A stretch of 64,000 bases of DNA. Origin: a virus. A program made the position numbers and the translations under genes. The notes beneath the pieces are model-generated. The model was not told the DNA's origin, did not search any database, and saw only the letters and a list, made by a program, of their open reading frames with translations. Shown here piece after piece: positions 1 through 9,930 of this stretch. Within the stretch, counting starts at the first letter, position 1. Every line of letters begins with the position of its first letter. The DNA is taken from the IMG/VR virus record IMGVR_UViG_3300036770_005052, positions 32,001-96,000 of that record. One strand, 5' to 3'.

Positions 1-2
1 CA

Positions 3-179
3 AGAAATAAGATTTTGATGAGTCCTGTGATTGATATAGAAATGCCAAAGGCACTTCCAACCAGTTTGATTGATACTACTGGTTATAAGGAGCATCAGGA
101 CAATTGGATTGTGGATAAAATTAATGAACTGCCACAAATTAAACTTCCAGAAGGTCAAGGAGAACCTGTGGTGGTATGA
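3..179 (+). CDS. 3' end of a hypothetical protein, truncated by the window start
   Basis: Open frame RNKILMSPVIDIEMPKALP...GEPVVV*; its TGA overlaps the next ATG (ATGA at 176-179). Confidence 0.6.
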   Translation, partial: RNKILMSPVIDIEMPKALPTSLIDTTGYKEHQDNWIVDKINELPQIKLPEGQGEPVVV

Positions 180-373
180 ACCATCGTAAACATAAACAAG
201 CAGAGAATCTCAAAAAGAAAAAGATGTATACACCTGAGGGTTACGTTGGAGACCCCCCAGATGCTAAATGTCCACACTGCGGGGAATCTAAAAAATCTTG
301 TTCTTATGTAAATAATTTAAGTCGTGCTTGGGCGAGAGATGCTTGTGCTAAAAAAAATTCAAAATCTTCTTGA
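176..373 (+). CDS. small basic Cys-rich hypothetical protein
   Basis: ATGA coupling to the upstream ORF; CPHC...C...C pattern. Confidence 0.6.
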   Translation: MNHRKHKQAENLKKKKMYTPEGYVGDPPDAKCPHCGESKKSCSYVNNLSRAWARDACAKKNSKSS

Positions 374-467
374 AAGAGATAGTGACATAACATATTATGA
401 TGAGTTTCATTATATTTTTATAACATTGTATGAATTAATAAAAGTTATTATTCGTAGAAATAAATAA
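339..467 (+). CDS. possible 42-aa hypothetical protein (MLVLKKIQNLLERDSDITYYDEFHYIF...)
   Basis: Manually translated open frame filling the gap before the HNH gene. Confidence 0.35.
   Translation: MLVLKKIQNLLERDSDITYYDEFHYIFITLYELIKVIIRRNK
460..466 (+). promoter_or_regulatory. T4-type late promoter (ATAAATA)
   Basis: Late-promoter motif about 20 nt upstream of the HNH start. Confidence 0.5.
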
Positions 468-486
468 TTATAAGTCGCAGATACTT

Positions 487-858
487 ATGGTTCCTCTCCA
501 TTCGCCTCAAGACTATTTGTTTAATCTTTATGCGACAAATTCTGGAGAAGCAAAACGAATATGGAGAAAACATATTAAAGAACAATGGAATTATCAATGT
601 GCTTATTGTGGATCTGTAGAAAATTTAACCATTGATCACATAGTTCCACAATCAAAGGGTGGAAAGGACATTACTAAAAATGTAGTCTGTTGTTGTCATT
701 CTTGTAATCAAGATAAATCACATACCCCTTGGGAACAGTGGTACTTATCACAAGAATTTTTTTCTGAAGAAAGATATGAAAAAATAAATGATTGGATGAA
801 ACCAGAACCTCCTACGAACTTGTTTACTTATAAGCAAAGAAAGACTATTTCCGGTTAG
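487..858 (+). CDS. HNH endonuclease
   Basis: CAYC...TIDHIVPQSKGG...NVVCCCHSCNQDK HNH motif with Zn-binding Cys pairs. Confidence 0.9.
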   Translation: MVPLHSPQDYLFNLYATNSGEAKRIWRKHIKEQWNYQCAYCGSVENLTIDHIVPQSKGGKDITKNVVCCCHSCNQDKSHTPWEQWYLSQEFFSEERYEKINDWMKPEPPTNLFTYKQRKTISG

Positions 859-865
859 ATAAATA
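859..865 (+). promoter_or_regulatory. late promoter (ATAAATA) for the tail-fibre cluster
   Basis: Motif directly after the HNH stop and upstream of the 2074-aa fibre gene. Confidence 0.6.
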
Positions 866-907
866 ACTTTAATAAAGCACATACTCATAATCTAAGAGTA
901 TTCTAGA

Positions 908-3900
908 ATGCCTGATATTAGAGTAAATGTAAATCCATCAAATGTTACTAATGTAAGAGTTGGCCCGGAAAATGCTATTAAAGTAGTATCTAGTGCTACT
1001 GGACCTTCTGGTGCTCAAGGAATTCAAGGCACTCAAGGATTTACTGGATCTGGTGATCAGGGTGTTCAGGGAACACCTGGAGGTTTTGCTGGTAAGGGAG
1101 ATCAAGGAGCTCAAGGTCTTCAGGGATATCAGGGGATTCAAGGACTTGGTGCCCAAGGACTTCGGGGTGATCAAGGTACTCAAGGTTTACAAGGTACTCA
1201 AGGTTTACAAGGAACTCAAGGATCACAAGGTACTCAAGGTGTTGGATCACAGGGTACTCAAGGTTTACAAGGAACTCAAGGATCACAAGGTACTCAAGGT
1301 GTTGGATCGCAGGGTACTCAAGGACTTCAGGGTTATCAAGGTACTCAAGGTTTACAAGGAACTCAAGGATCACAAGGTACTCAAGGACTTCAGGGTTATC
1401 AAGGTCTTCAAGGACTCCAAGGTTCTCAAGGATCACAAGGCACTCAAGGACTTCAAGGTGATCAAGGTATTCAGGGAACTCAAGGACTTCAGGGTTATCA
1501 AGGTCTTCAAGGACTCCAAAGTTCTCAAGGTCTTCAAGGACTCCAAGGTTCTCAAGGTTTACAGGGTTCTCAAGGTCTTCAAGGTACTCAAGGACTTCAG
1601 GGTGATCAAGGTATTCAAGGAATTCAAGGTTCACAAGGAATTAAGGGTGATCCTGGAATTGCTGGTGAAACATATTGGGAAAAAAATTCAACAGGAATTA
1701 ATACCTCTTCTAATGTTGGTATTGGAACTACAAATGCTCAATATACACTTTCTGTTACTAATAACACATCATCAACACAAGATCTATCAAATGTTCTTGC
1801 GGATTTTAGTGGAAATGTAAATTCATTTACCCAAGTCAATATTCGTAATGCGTTTTCTGGATCAAATTCATCATCTGATTTAGTTTTTACTGCAGATAAT
1901 GGTAATAATGAATTAAACTTTTTAAATCTTGGAATTAATAATACTGGATTTGGAACTGATACTTGGACTATTAATGGACCAACTGATGGATACTTATATG
2001 CTTCTGATGGTAATCTATCTTTGGGTGTTGGAAAAACTACATCATATCTTTCATTATTTTCTGGTGGAACATTAGCAGAAAATGAGAAAGTTAGATTTAC
2101 TAATAATGGAGTTGGTATTGGTACTACATTAACTCCAGCATTCCTTAATGTTTCTGGTGATGTTATTTTTGAAGGTGTAACAACTACAGAACTTCTTCGT
2201 GTAACACAACTTGGAACTGGTCCTGCTTTTCTTGTTGAACATGGATCACGTAATGATACAAATGCATTTACTATTTTAAACAGTGGTCAAGTTGGTATTG
2301 GTGTTCTGACTCCTGCTGAACAATATGTTCTAGAAGTTGATGGTGGAGATATAAGATTTGTAAAAGGAGGTGAAGGTGATGTTGTAATTACTCATGAAAA
2401 TTTAGTATCTAATGTACGTGCGGAAGGAACTGTCCAACTTGGTCTAGGTGCCAATGGACAAAATGATGCTATAAGAATTGACTTAAATCAAAACGTTGGT
2501 ATAGGTTCTACACTTCCAAAATCAAAATTGGATGTTACTGGAAATGCAAGAATTTCTGGTATTTTAACAGTTGGGTCTTCAAGTATTACTCTTGATGGTA
2601 ATACTAATATAATGAATGTTGGTGCTGGTGTTACACTTTATGGTAATACTGGGATTGTAAGTGCAACTAGTTTTTATGGTGATGGATCAAAATTAACTGG
2701 GGTCGGGTCATCACTTACTGTTAGTACCAGAACTGGATATGCTGGAATTAATAGTACTGATGCTATAACAAATGTAAGTGCTATTAGATTTGATAAAAAT
2801 ACTGGATTTGCAGTTACCGATCTTGGAAACGGTGAAGTTTTTGTTGAATTTGGAAGCACTTTTAAAACTTGGACTGTTGATGGGCAAACTTCACTTGAGG
2901 CAGTTGGTGAAGATACTGTTGAGTTTGTTGCTGGTCCTGGAATCGCAATTACAACTAGAGCTAGTGATCCTAAAAAAATAACTTTTTCAACAACTTCTGG
3001 TATTGGTTCAACAGGATCTCAAGGCACTCAAGGACTTCAAGGATCTATTGGTTCTCAAGGATTCCAAGGACTTCAAGGATCTATTGGTTCTCAAGGATTC
3101 CAAGGACTTCAAGGTGATCAAGGTATTCAAGGTATTCAAGGATTACAAGGTAGCCAAGGTCTTCAAGGTGATCAGGGATCTCAAGGATTACAGGGAACCC
3201 AAGGACTACAGGGTATTCAAGGTATTCAAGGTCTTCAAGGACTCCAAGGTGATCAAGGTATTCAGGGAACTCAAGGTCTTCATGGTGATCAAGGTACTCA
3301 AGGACTCCAAGGTTCTCAAGGATCACAAGGATCACAAGGCACTCAAGGACTTCAGGGTATTCAAGGTTTACAAGGTTTACAAGGTTTACAAGGAACTCAA
3401 GGTCTTCAGGGATCTCAAGGATTTCAAGGTCTCCAAGGTCTCCAAGGAACTGGTTCTCAGGGAAATCAAGGTCTTCAGGGAGTTGGGTCTCAAGGAAATC
3501 AAGGTCTTCAAGGTCTTCAAGGATCTATTGGTTCTCAAGGATTCCAAGGTCTTCAAGGTGATCAGGGTATTCAAGGTTCACAAGGAACTCAAGGTCTTCA
3601 AGGATCTATTGGTTCTCAAGGATTTCAAGGTCTTCAAGGTCCTATTGGACCAAAGGGTACTGATGGTACTTCTGTTACTATTAAAGGATCTTTGGCATTA
3701 ACTCCAGGTAATGAGCAAACACAATTAAATGATTCTGGAAACTCTTGGTATCCACCCCAAAGTGGAGATGGTGTTATTGATAGTAATACTGGAAATTTAT
3801 GGGTTTATAATGGTTCTACATGGAATAATGTTGGAAGTGTAAGAGGTCCTCAAGGAACTCAAGGAACTCAAGGATCACAAGGATCGCAAGGTAACCAAGG

Positions 3901-6900
3901 TCTTCAAGGTGATCGGGGAGTTCAGGGAACTCAAGGATTGCAAGGTCTTCAAGGTACTCAAGGACTTCAAGGTGATCAAGGTACTCAAGGTACTCAAGGT
4001 ACTCAAGGTATTGGATCCCAGGGTACTCAAGGGCTACAAGGTAATCAGGGAACTCAAGGTTTACAAGGTGATCAGGGTACTCAAGGATTACAGGGTACAC
4101 AAGGTTTACAAGGTGATCAGGGTACTCAAGGATTACAGGGTACACAAGGTTTACAAGGTGATCAGGGTACTCAAGGACTTCAGGGTACTCAAGGTGTAGG
4201 TACTCAAGGTACTCAAGGTACTCAAGGATTACAAGGTCTTCAGGGAACACAAGGTACTCAAGGACTGCAGGGTGATCAAGGTACTCAAGGATTACAGGGA
4301 ATTCAAGGTACTCAAGGTCATCAAGGAACCCAAGGATTCCAAGGTACTCAAGGATTACAAGGTCTTCAAGGTCTTCAAGGTCTTCAAGGTCTTCAAGGTC
4401 TTCAAGGTAATCAAGGAATTCAAGGATTACAAGGTACTCAAGGTGTTGGAGCGCAGGGTAATCAAGGTTTACAAGGATTGCAGGGTACTCAAGGATTGCA
4501 GGGTAATCAAGGTACTCAAGGACTACAAGGTAATCAGGGCACTCAAGGATTGCAAGGATTGCAAGGTAATCAGGGTACTCAAGGATTACAAGGCACTCAA
4601 GGTTTACAGGGTGTTCAAGGATTAAGTAATCAAGGTGTTCAAGGTTCTCAGGGATTACAAGGTACTCAAGGTCTTCAAGGTACTCAAGGTGTTGGATCGC
4701 AAGGTACTCAAGGATTGCAAGGTGATCAAGGTACTCAAGGTTTACAGGGATTTGAAGGTTCTCAAGGAACTCAAGGACTGCAAGGTAATCAGGGTACTCA
4801 AGGAGTTCAAGGACTCCAAGGTACTCAGGGTGTTGGATCACAGGGTTCTCAAGGACTTCAAGGACTTCAAGGTGATCAGGGTACTCAAGGCACTCAAGGT
4901 ACTCAAGGAGTTCAAGGTGATCAGGGTATTCAAGGATTAAGTAATCAAGGTGTTCAAGGTTCTCAAGGATTACAAGGTACTCAAGGATTGCAAGGTGACC
5001 AGGGAACTCAAGGTAATCAAGGTGTAGCTGGTCCAGTAGTAGGTTCTGCAAATCAGATTGTTTATAAGGATGCTTCTAATAATCCTACTGGTTCAAATAA
5101 TCTAACTTTTGATGGGAATAATCTCTTTGTTAATGGAAACATTACTATTGGTGGAACCACGGCATTTCTTGCAGTAAATGAACTTAAAGTAAAAGATAAA
5201 GATATTATAATTGGTATTACTACAGATGCTTTTGGAAATGATGTTTCAACTGATACGTCAGCAAATCATGGTGGTATCGCAATTGCTTCTACTGAAGGTT
5301 CTCCATTAGTTAATTTTCCAATATCCGGAATTAATAGTTTACCTACCACATATAAACAAATTATGTGGGTTAAAGGGGGAACTTATGGTGCTGAAACAGC
5401 AGATGCTTGGCTATTTAATTATGGTGTTGGTATTGGTTCTACTCAAGTTCCTAGTGGAGTTGTATTGTCTGTTGGAGGACCAATTAAATTTGATAGTACT
5501 ATTCGTGATATTTACAATAATGTTGGTATTGCAGGATCTATACTTATTTCAACAGGAATTGGAGTAAGTTGGGCAACTCCTTATGATGCTGGATTGCAAG
5601 GGTCACAAGGAACCCAAGGTCTTCAGGGATCACAAGGATCGCAAGGTAACCAAGGTACTCAAGGTGTTGGATCACAAGGTACTCAAGGTACTCAAGGTCT
5701 TCAAGGTGATCAAGGAATACAAGGTCTTCAAGGTTCTCAAGGACTTCAGGGAGATCAAGGTACTCAAGGTGCTCAAGGTTCAATTGGTTCTCAAGGAACT
5801 CAAGGATTCCAGGGAATACAAGGAAATCAAGGTCTCCAAGGTAATTTTGGTAATCAAGGAGTACAAGGAGCACAAGGATCTCAAGGAGTTCAAGGACTTC
5901 AGGGAGATCAAGGTACTCAAGGTGCTCAAGGTATTCAAGGTGGAATCGGTATAGGAACTACATCTTTATGGAAAGGTGTTAGACAAAGTTTTACCGCTGC
6001 TAATTTAACTGCGACTAGTTCTTGGACCAAATTTGTAGGCTATGCTTCCACAGACATAGATACGGATTCTTTTGCAAATGGAAATTATGGATATACTATA
6101 CCTGCTAATGTATCAAAAATAAAATTTACAGTAAGTGTCAGACCATCTTCTTCGGTAAGTAATCAATGGGCATTATATAAGGATGGTAATGTAGTTAGTC
6201 CTAGTGCATTTTTTATTGAAGCAGAATCTGGAGCTGGATATAGTAATGGTAGTGCGACAGGAGTTAGTGCAACATTAGATGTTTCTGAAGGTGAAATATT
6301 TGATCTTAGATATTTTGTATCATCAACTACTCCAACATGGACTGGATTTTTTGAAATGCAAGTTCTTGAAGGAAAACTTCTGGGAACATATTATGGTGGA
6401 ATAGGTCCACAAGGTACTCAAGGTCTCCAAGGTCTTCAAGGTGTTGGATCCCAGGGTACTCAAGGACTCCAAGGTGATCAAGGAATTCAAGGAGTTCAAG
6501 GATTCTTAAGTAACTTCCAAGGAACGCAAGGTATTCAAGGTTCTCAAGGTACTCAAGGACTTCAAGGTGATCAAGGTACTCAAGGAATGCAGGGTACTCA
6601 AGGAATGCAGGGTACTCAAGGAACCTTTATTCAAGGACTTCAAGGACTTCAAGGTGCTTCTATTCAAGGTGCTGCAGGATCTGGTGGTGGGGGTGGAGGA
6701 TCAATTGCTATTCTTGACGACACCTCTACAAATGATACATTTTATGTTGGTATTGCATCAACCACGACTGGAAATCTTGCGACTTTAAATGTATCCTCAT
6801 CTAAACTTACATTTAATCCATCAACAGGAAATCTTGTTGCGGGTGGTACAGTTACTGCAAACTCTGATGAAAGACTCAAGACAAATGTTAAGACGATTTC

Positions 6901-7132
6901 AAATGCTCTTGAAAAAGTATTATCATTACGTGGAGTAGAATATGATCGTATAGATAATGGAGATCATCAGATTGGTGTGATTGCTCAAGAAGTCGAACAG
7001 ATTATTCCCGAAGTTGTATATCCAAAATCACCAAGTCCAGATTATGAAACAAAATCTGTTGCTTATGCAAACTTAGTTGGTCTTTTGATTGAAGCAGTCA
7101 AAGAATTGAATGAAAAGATAGAGAGGAAATAA
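908..7132 (+). CDS. collagen-like tail fibre with C-terminal peptidase S74 intramolecular chaperone
   Basis: Several G-X-Q collagen tracts, VGIGT fibre motifs, C-terminal SDERLKTNV...LRGVEY...IGVIAQEVE...YANLVGLLIEAVKEL. Confidence 0.88.
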   Translation: MPDIRVNVNPSNVTNVRVGPENAIKVVSSATGPSGAQGIQGTQGFTGSGDQGVQGTPGGFAGKGDQGAQGLQGYQGIQGLGAQGLRGDQGTQGLQGTQGLQGTQGSQGTQGVGSQGTQGLQGTQGSQGTQGVGSQGTQGLQGYQGTQGLQGTQGSQGTQGLQGYQGLQGLQGSQGSQGTQGLQGDQGIQGTQGLQGYQGLQGLQSSQGLQGLQGSQGLQGSQGLQGTQGLQGDQGIQGIQGSQGIKGDPGIAGETYWEKNSTGINTSSNVGIGTTNAQYTLSVTNNTSSTQDLSNVLADFSGNVNSFTQVNIRNAFSGSNSSSDLVFTADNGNNELNFLNLGINNTGFGTDTWTINGPTDGYLYASDGNLSLGVGKTTSYLSLFSGGTLAENEKVRFTNNGVGIGTTLTPAFLNVSGDVIFEGVTTTELLRVTQLGTGPAFLVEHGSRNDTNAFTILNSGQVGIGVLTPAEQYVLEVDGGDIRFVKGGEGDVVITHENLVSNVRAEGTVQLGLGANGQNDAIRIDLNQNVGIGSTLPKSKLDVTGNARISGILTVGSSSITLDGNTNIMNVGAGVTLYGNTGIVSATSFYGDGSKLTGVGSSLTVSTRTGYAGINSTDAITNVSAIRFDKNTGFAVTDLGNGEVFVEFGSTFKTWTVDGQTSLEAVGEDTVEFVAGPGIAITTRASDPKKITFSTTSGIGSTGSQGTQGLQGSIGSQGFQGLQGSIGSQGFQGLQGDQGIQGIQGLQGSQGLQGDQGSQGLQGTQGLQGIQGIQGLQGLQGDQGIQGTQGLHGDQGTQGLQGSQGSQGSQGTQGLQGIQGLQGLQGLQGTQGLQGSQGFQGLQGLQGTGSQGNQGLQGVGSQGNQGLQGLQGSIGSQGFQGLQGDQGIQGSQGTQGLQGSIGSQGFQGLQGPIGPKGTDGTSVTIKGSLALTPGNEQTQLNDSGNSWYPPQSGDGVIDSNTGNLWVYNGSTWNNVGSVRGPQGTQGTQGSQGSQGNQGLQGDRGVQGTQGLQGLQGTQGLQGDQGTQGTQGTQGIGSQGTQGLQGNQGTQGLQGDQGTQGLQGTQGLQGDQGTQGLQGTQGLQGDQGTQGLQGTQGVGTQGTQGTQGLQGLQGTQGTQGLQGDQGTQGLQGIQGTQGHQGTQGFQGTQGLQGLQGLQGLQGLQGLQGNQGIQGLQGTQGVGAQGNQGLQGLQGTQGLQGNQGTQGLQGNQGTQGLQGLQGNQGTQGLQGTQGLQGVQGLSNQGVQGSQGLQGTQGLQGTQGVGSQGTQGLQGDQGTQGLQGFEGSQGTQGLQGNQGTQGVQGLQGTQGVGSQGSQGLQGLQGDQGTQGTQGTQGVQGDQGIQGLSNQGVQGSQGLQGTQGLQGDQGTQGNQGVAGPVVGSANQIVYKDASNNPTGSNNLTFDGNNLFVNGNITIGGTTAFLAVNELKVKDKDIIIGITTDAFGNDVSTDTSANHGGIAIASTEGSPLVNFPISGINSLPTTYKQIMWVKGGTYGAETADAWLFNYGVGIGSTQVPSGVVLSVGGPIKFDSTIRDIYNNVGIAGSILISTGIGVSWATPYDAGLQGSQGTQGLQGSQGSQGNQGTQGVGSQGTQGTQGLQGDQGIQGLQGSQGLQGDQGTQGAQGSIGSQGTQGFQGIQGNQGLQGNFGNQGVQGAQGSQGVQGLQGDQGTQGAQGIQGGIGIGTTSLWKGVRQSFTAANLTATSSWTKFVGYASTDIDTDSFANGNYGYTIPANVSKIKFTVSVRPSSSVSNQWALYKDGNVVSPSAFFIEAESGAGYSNGSATGVSATLDVSEGEIFDLRYFVSSTTPTWTGFFEMQVLEGKLLGTYYGGIGPQGTQGLQGLQGVGSQGTQGLQGDQGIQGVQGFLSNFQGTQGIQGSQGTQGLQGDQGTQGMQGTQGMQGTQGTFIQGLQGLQGASIQGAAGSGGGGGGSIAILDDTSTNDTFYVGIASTTTGNLATLNVSSSKLTFNPSTGNLVAGGTVTANSDERLKTNVKTISNALEKVLSLRGVEYDRIDNGDHQIGVIAQEVEQIIPEVVYPKSPSPDYETKSVAYANLVGLLIEAVKELNEKIERK
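5780..5897 (+). repeat. 118-bp tract identical to 55991-56108
   Basis: Base-by-base comparison. Confidence 0.85.
6477..6549 (+). repeat. 73-bp tract identical to 48986-49058 and 56337-56409
   Basis: Base-by-base comparison. Confidence 0.85.
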
Positions 7133-7133
7133 T

Positions 7134-9917
7134 ATGCCAGTAGGAATTGGATCTACTCAGATTACTGGAATCAGCGTAGTTGCTAATCCAGCAGACGCTG
7201 CAAATAAACAATATGTGGATTCTTCTTCCGGTGGATTGCCATCTATTGATGGTAATGAAAATGAGTTTTTATTCACTGATGGTTCTACTGTATCGTGGCA
7301 ACCAATACAAGGTTATCAAGAATATACGACTGCGGGAAATTATGTATTTGATATCCCAACACAAGCAAAAGAACTGTTCATAGAAGCAACAGGTGCCGGA
7401 GGTGGTGGAGCACCAGGTTCGGCAACTACATCAACAACTTATACAAGTCGTGGAGAATTTTGGTTTTTAAGAACTTCTGGAACAACAAGCAATTTTACTG
7501 GAAATGGTAATGTTGGAAATCCACTCGGATCCTATGGACTTGGTTTTTATGTAATGGGAACTGGTAGTGGGACAATATTTGCATCTACAGACTCAATTAC
7601 TTGGGTTGCAAGAACTTCTGGGTTTGGAACTTCCGTAATTTGGACTGTAAATTATGGATCAAATATTTTTATAAGTACGTGTGCCATTACTGGTACTGGT
7701 CCATTAAGAACTTCAACGGATACGATTCACTGGATTTTGAGAACAAGTGGTTCTGTTTCACAAATAATAACGACAATATCAACTGATAATAATTTTCATC
7801 TGTATGCTGATCAAAATGGGCAGATTAGATCTTCCACAGATGGAATAACCTGGAATATCAGAACAACACCAACTAGGGCTACATTTTCTTTGTACGCTCG
7901 TGCATACTCTGCTTCTCCGAGTACTAATTATGTATTTGCGGGGAGTACGGGAATTGTTGCATCAACAGATGGAATAGTATGGCAATTAAGAACTTCTGGA
8001 CTAGGTTCTGTTACATTTTATCGTGGAACATATGGAAATGGCATATATCTTTTTGGAACTAGTGGTGGAACTTTAATTGCTTCTACCGATACAATTGTTT
8101 GGACTTCTAGAAATTATCCTAGTGGATCTTCTAATCAAATATCTGATGTAATTTTTGGAAATAATACTTATATTGTTAATCAGTATAACAATAGGTATTT
8201 AATTACCTCAACAGATTCTATAGTATGGATTGTAAGAACTTCTCCTGCAGTATCAGTTCACTACTGTGCAGGTATTTTTGGAAATTCAATATTTGTTTAT
8301 GGTTCTGAAACTGGTCGTATAATAGCATCTGATATACCATCAGGTAATGCTGGATCTGGGGGTGGTGGAGGGGCATCTATAGGATCTATAATCTCAAGAT
8401 CAAATATTTCAGGATCAACTCTTAATGTAAATGTTGGATCTGGTGGAACTTCAGGAACTGCTGGCGCAGCATCAACAGTATCTTGGACAAGTCCTGGAGG
8501 AAATTTTTCAATTACTGCAAACGGTGGATCTGCAGGAGTGAATACATTCTTAAGTACAAGTAATATTGTTCCTGGTGGTGCTGGCGGAACGGTAACAGTT
8601 TCAAATAATTATGTTTATTCTTCTGCAGGAACTGCTGGTGGTAATGGAGGATATTTTGAATCATCAACGAATAATATGCAAGGTTTAGCAGGATCGGATG
8701 CGACTTCAACAACTCTTGTATATCAAACTACTGGTGGTGGAGGTGGAGCATCTTCTTTATTTGATGGACAATTTGGAACTTTTGGTGGAACAATAAACTA
8801 TTATGGAAATACATATCAAAACTCAAAAACTATATCTGCTTTAATGAATGGTACAAGTTCATTACCAATAAGTGGTCTTTCTTATGGAAATGGTGGAAAT
8901 GGTGGTGGAGCACAACATGGTGCAGTTGCTTGGGTTTTAAGAACTTCTGGATTTGGAGCGACTGCTTATGAAATTGGTTATGGAAATGGAATTTATATAC
9001 TTTGTGGAAATGGAGGAAGATTATCTACTTCTACTGATACCATAACCTGGATCGCAAGAACATCTGGATTTGGAACATCTAATATAAATGCAACACTGTA
9101 TGCCAACAATAATTATCTTATATTTGGAAGTGGTGGAGCAATAAGTATTTCCACAGATTCTATTGGATGGACAGCAAGAACAACTGCCGGTGCTGCCACT
9201 GGTATTCTTGGAAATCCTAATAATGGTGGACCATCGGCAATTTATGCAAATGATTTATATTTTATTTGCGGTTCTTCTATGATATTATTAATATCTACTG
9301 ATTCAATTGTATGGACACAAAGAACAACAAATATGTCAACTTTAGATGTAAGATCTATTGCATATGGAAGTGATAAAACGGAAAAATATGTTATATCTGG
9401 TTCTAGTAGTAACATACGTAGTTCTACGGATACTATTGTTTGGACTTTAAGAACACTTGGTCAATCTGCAACAACTGTAGGATCTCTACAATATTTTAAT
9501 CAAAATTATTATGCATTTACCCAGGGAGGTTTATTTGTTACCTCAACTGATGCAATAGTTTGGACTTTACTTAGAAATAGTGGCGTTCAATATACTTCTG
9601 CAATTTCATCTAATTCATTAATAGTTGGTGGATCTTTAGGGTGGATTACAACATCTACAAATGGCATTTCGTGGGTATTGAGAACGTCTGGAGTTTCTAC
9701 AAATGCTTTTTCTTGTGCTTATGGTAATGGATTATTTTTAGCAACTTATGGTGCAGGTGCTCAAGTAATTGTTGCTGACTCAAATATAAATGGTGGAAAT
9801 GGTGGTGCTGGAACTAAAGGTGGTGGTGGAGGTGGTGGAGGTTATAATTTAGCAACAAATACTGTTGGAACTGGTGGAACTGGTGGTGATGGATATGTTC
9901 GTATTAGTTGGCAATAA
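7134..9917 (+). CDS. virion protein with Gly-rich domain and Asp-box/BNR-like repeats (paralogue 1)
   Basis: DAANKQYVD fibre motif, STDxIxWxxRTSG repeats, C-terminal GGDGYVRISW. Confidence 0.75.
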   Translation: MPVGIGSTQITGISVVANPADAANKQYVDSSSGGLPSIDGNENEFLFTDGSTVSWQPIQGYQEYTTAGNYVFDIPTQAKELFIEATGAGGGGAPGSATTSTTYTSRGEFWFLRTSGTTSNFTGNGNVGNPLGSYGLGFYVMGTGSGTIFASTDSITWVARTSGFGTSVIWTVNYGSNIFISTCAITGTGPLRTSTDTIHWILRTSGSVSQIITTISTDNNFHLYADQNGQIRSSTDGITWNIRTTPTRATFSLYARAYSASPSTNYVFAGSTGIVASTDGIVWQLRTSGLGSVTFYRGTYGNGIYLFGTSGGTLIASTDTIVWTSRNYPSGSSNQISDVIFGNNTYIVNQYNNRYLITSTDSIVWIVRTSPAVSVHYCAGIFGNSIFVYGSETGRIIASDIPSGNAGSGGGGGASIGSIISRSNISGSTLNVNVGSGGTSGTAGAASTVSWTSPGGNFSITANGGSAGVNTFLSTSNIVPGGAGGTVTVSNNYVYSSAGTAGGNGGYFESSTNNMQGLAGSDATSTTLVYQTTGGGGGASSLFDGQFGTFGGTINYYGNTYQNSKTISALMNGTSSLPISGLSYGNGGNGGGAQHGAVAWVLRTSGFGATAYEIGYGNGIYILCGNGGRLSTSTDTITWIARTSGFGTSNINATLYANNNYLIFGSGGAISISTDSIGWTARTTAGAATGILGNPNNGGPSAIYANDLYFICGSSMILLISTDSIVWTQRTTNMSTLDVRSIAYGSDKTEKYVISGSSSNIRSSTDTIVWTLRTLGQSATTVGSLQYFNQNYYAFTQGGLFVTSTDAIVWTLLRNSGVQYTSAISSNSLIVGGSLGWITTSTNGISWVLRTSGVSTNAFSCAYGNGLFLATYGAGAQVIVADSNINGGNGGAGTKGGGGGGGGYNLATNTVGTGGTGGDGYVRISWQ

Positions 9918-9930
9918 GGAGGAACTATAA

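Noticed and set aside
487-858. HNH gene as an intron-encoded or mobile element
   Set aside because: Free-standing; no interrupted gene or intron core sequence recognised
1000-5030. 9-bp periodic repeats as a CRISPR array or satellite
   Set aside because: In-frame G-X-Q coding repeats with no constant repeat/unique spacer structure
938-6788. Long alternative-frame and antisense ORFs (LKVFKD.../LEYLD...) over the collagen tracts, also at 48638-51112 and 55581-57002
   Set aside because: Shadows of the CAA-GGN codon repeat, which rarely creates stops in other frames; low complexity and no independent evidence of expression
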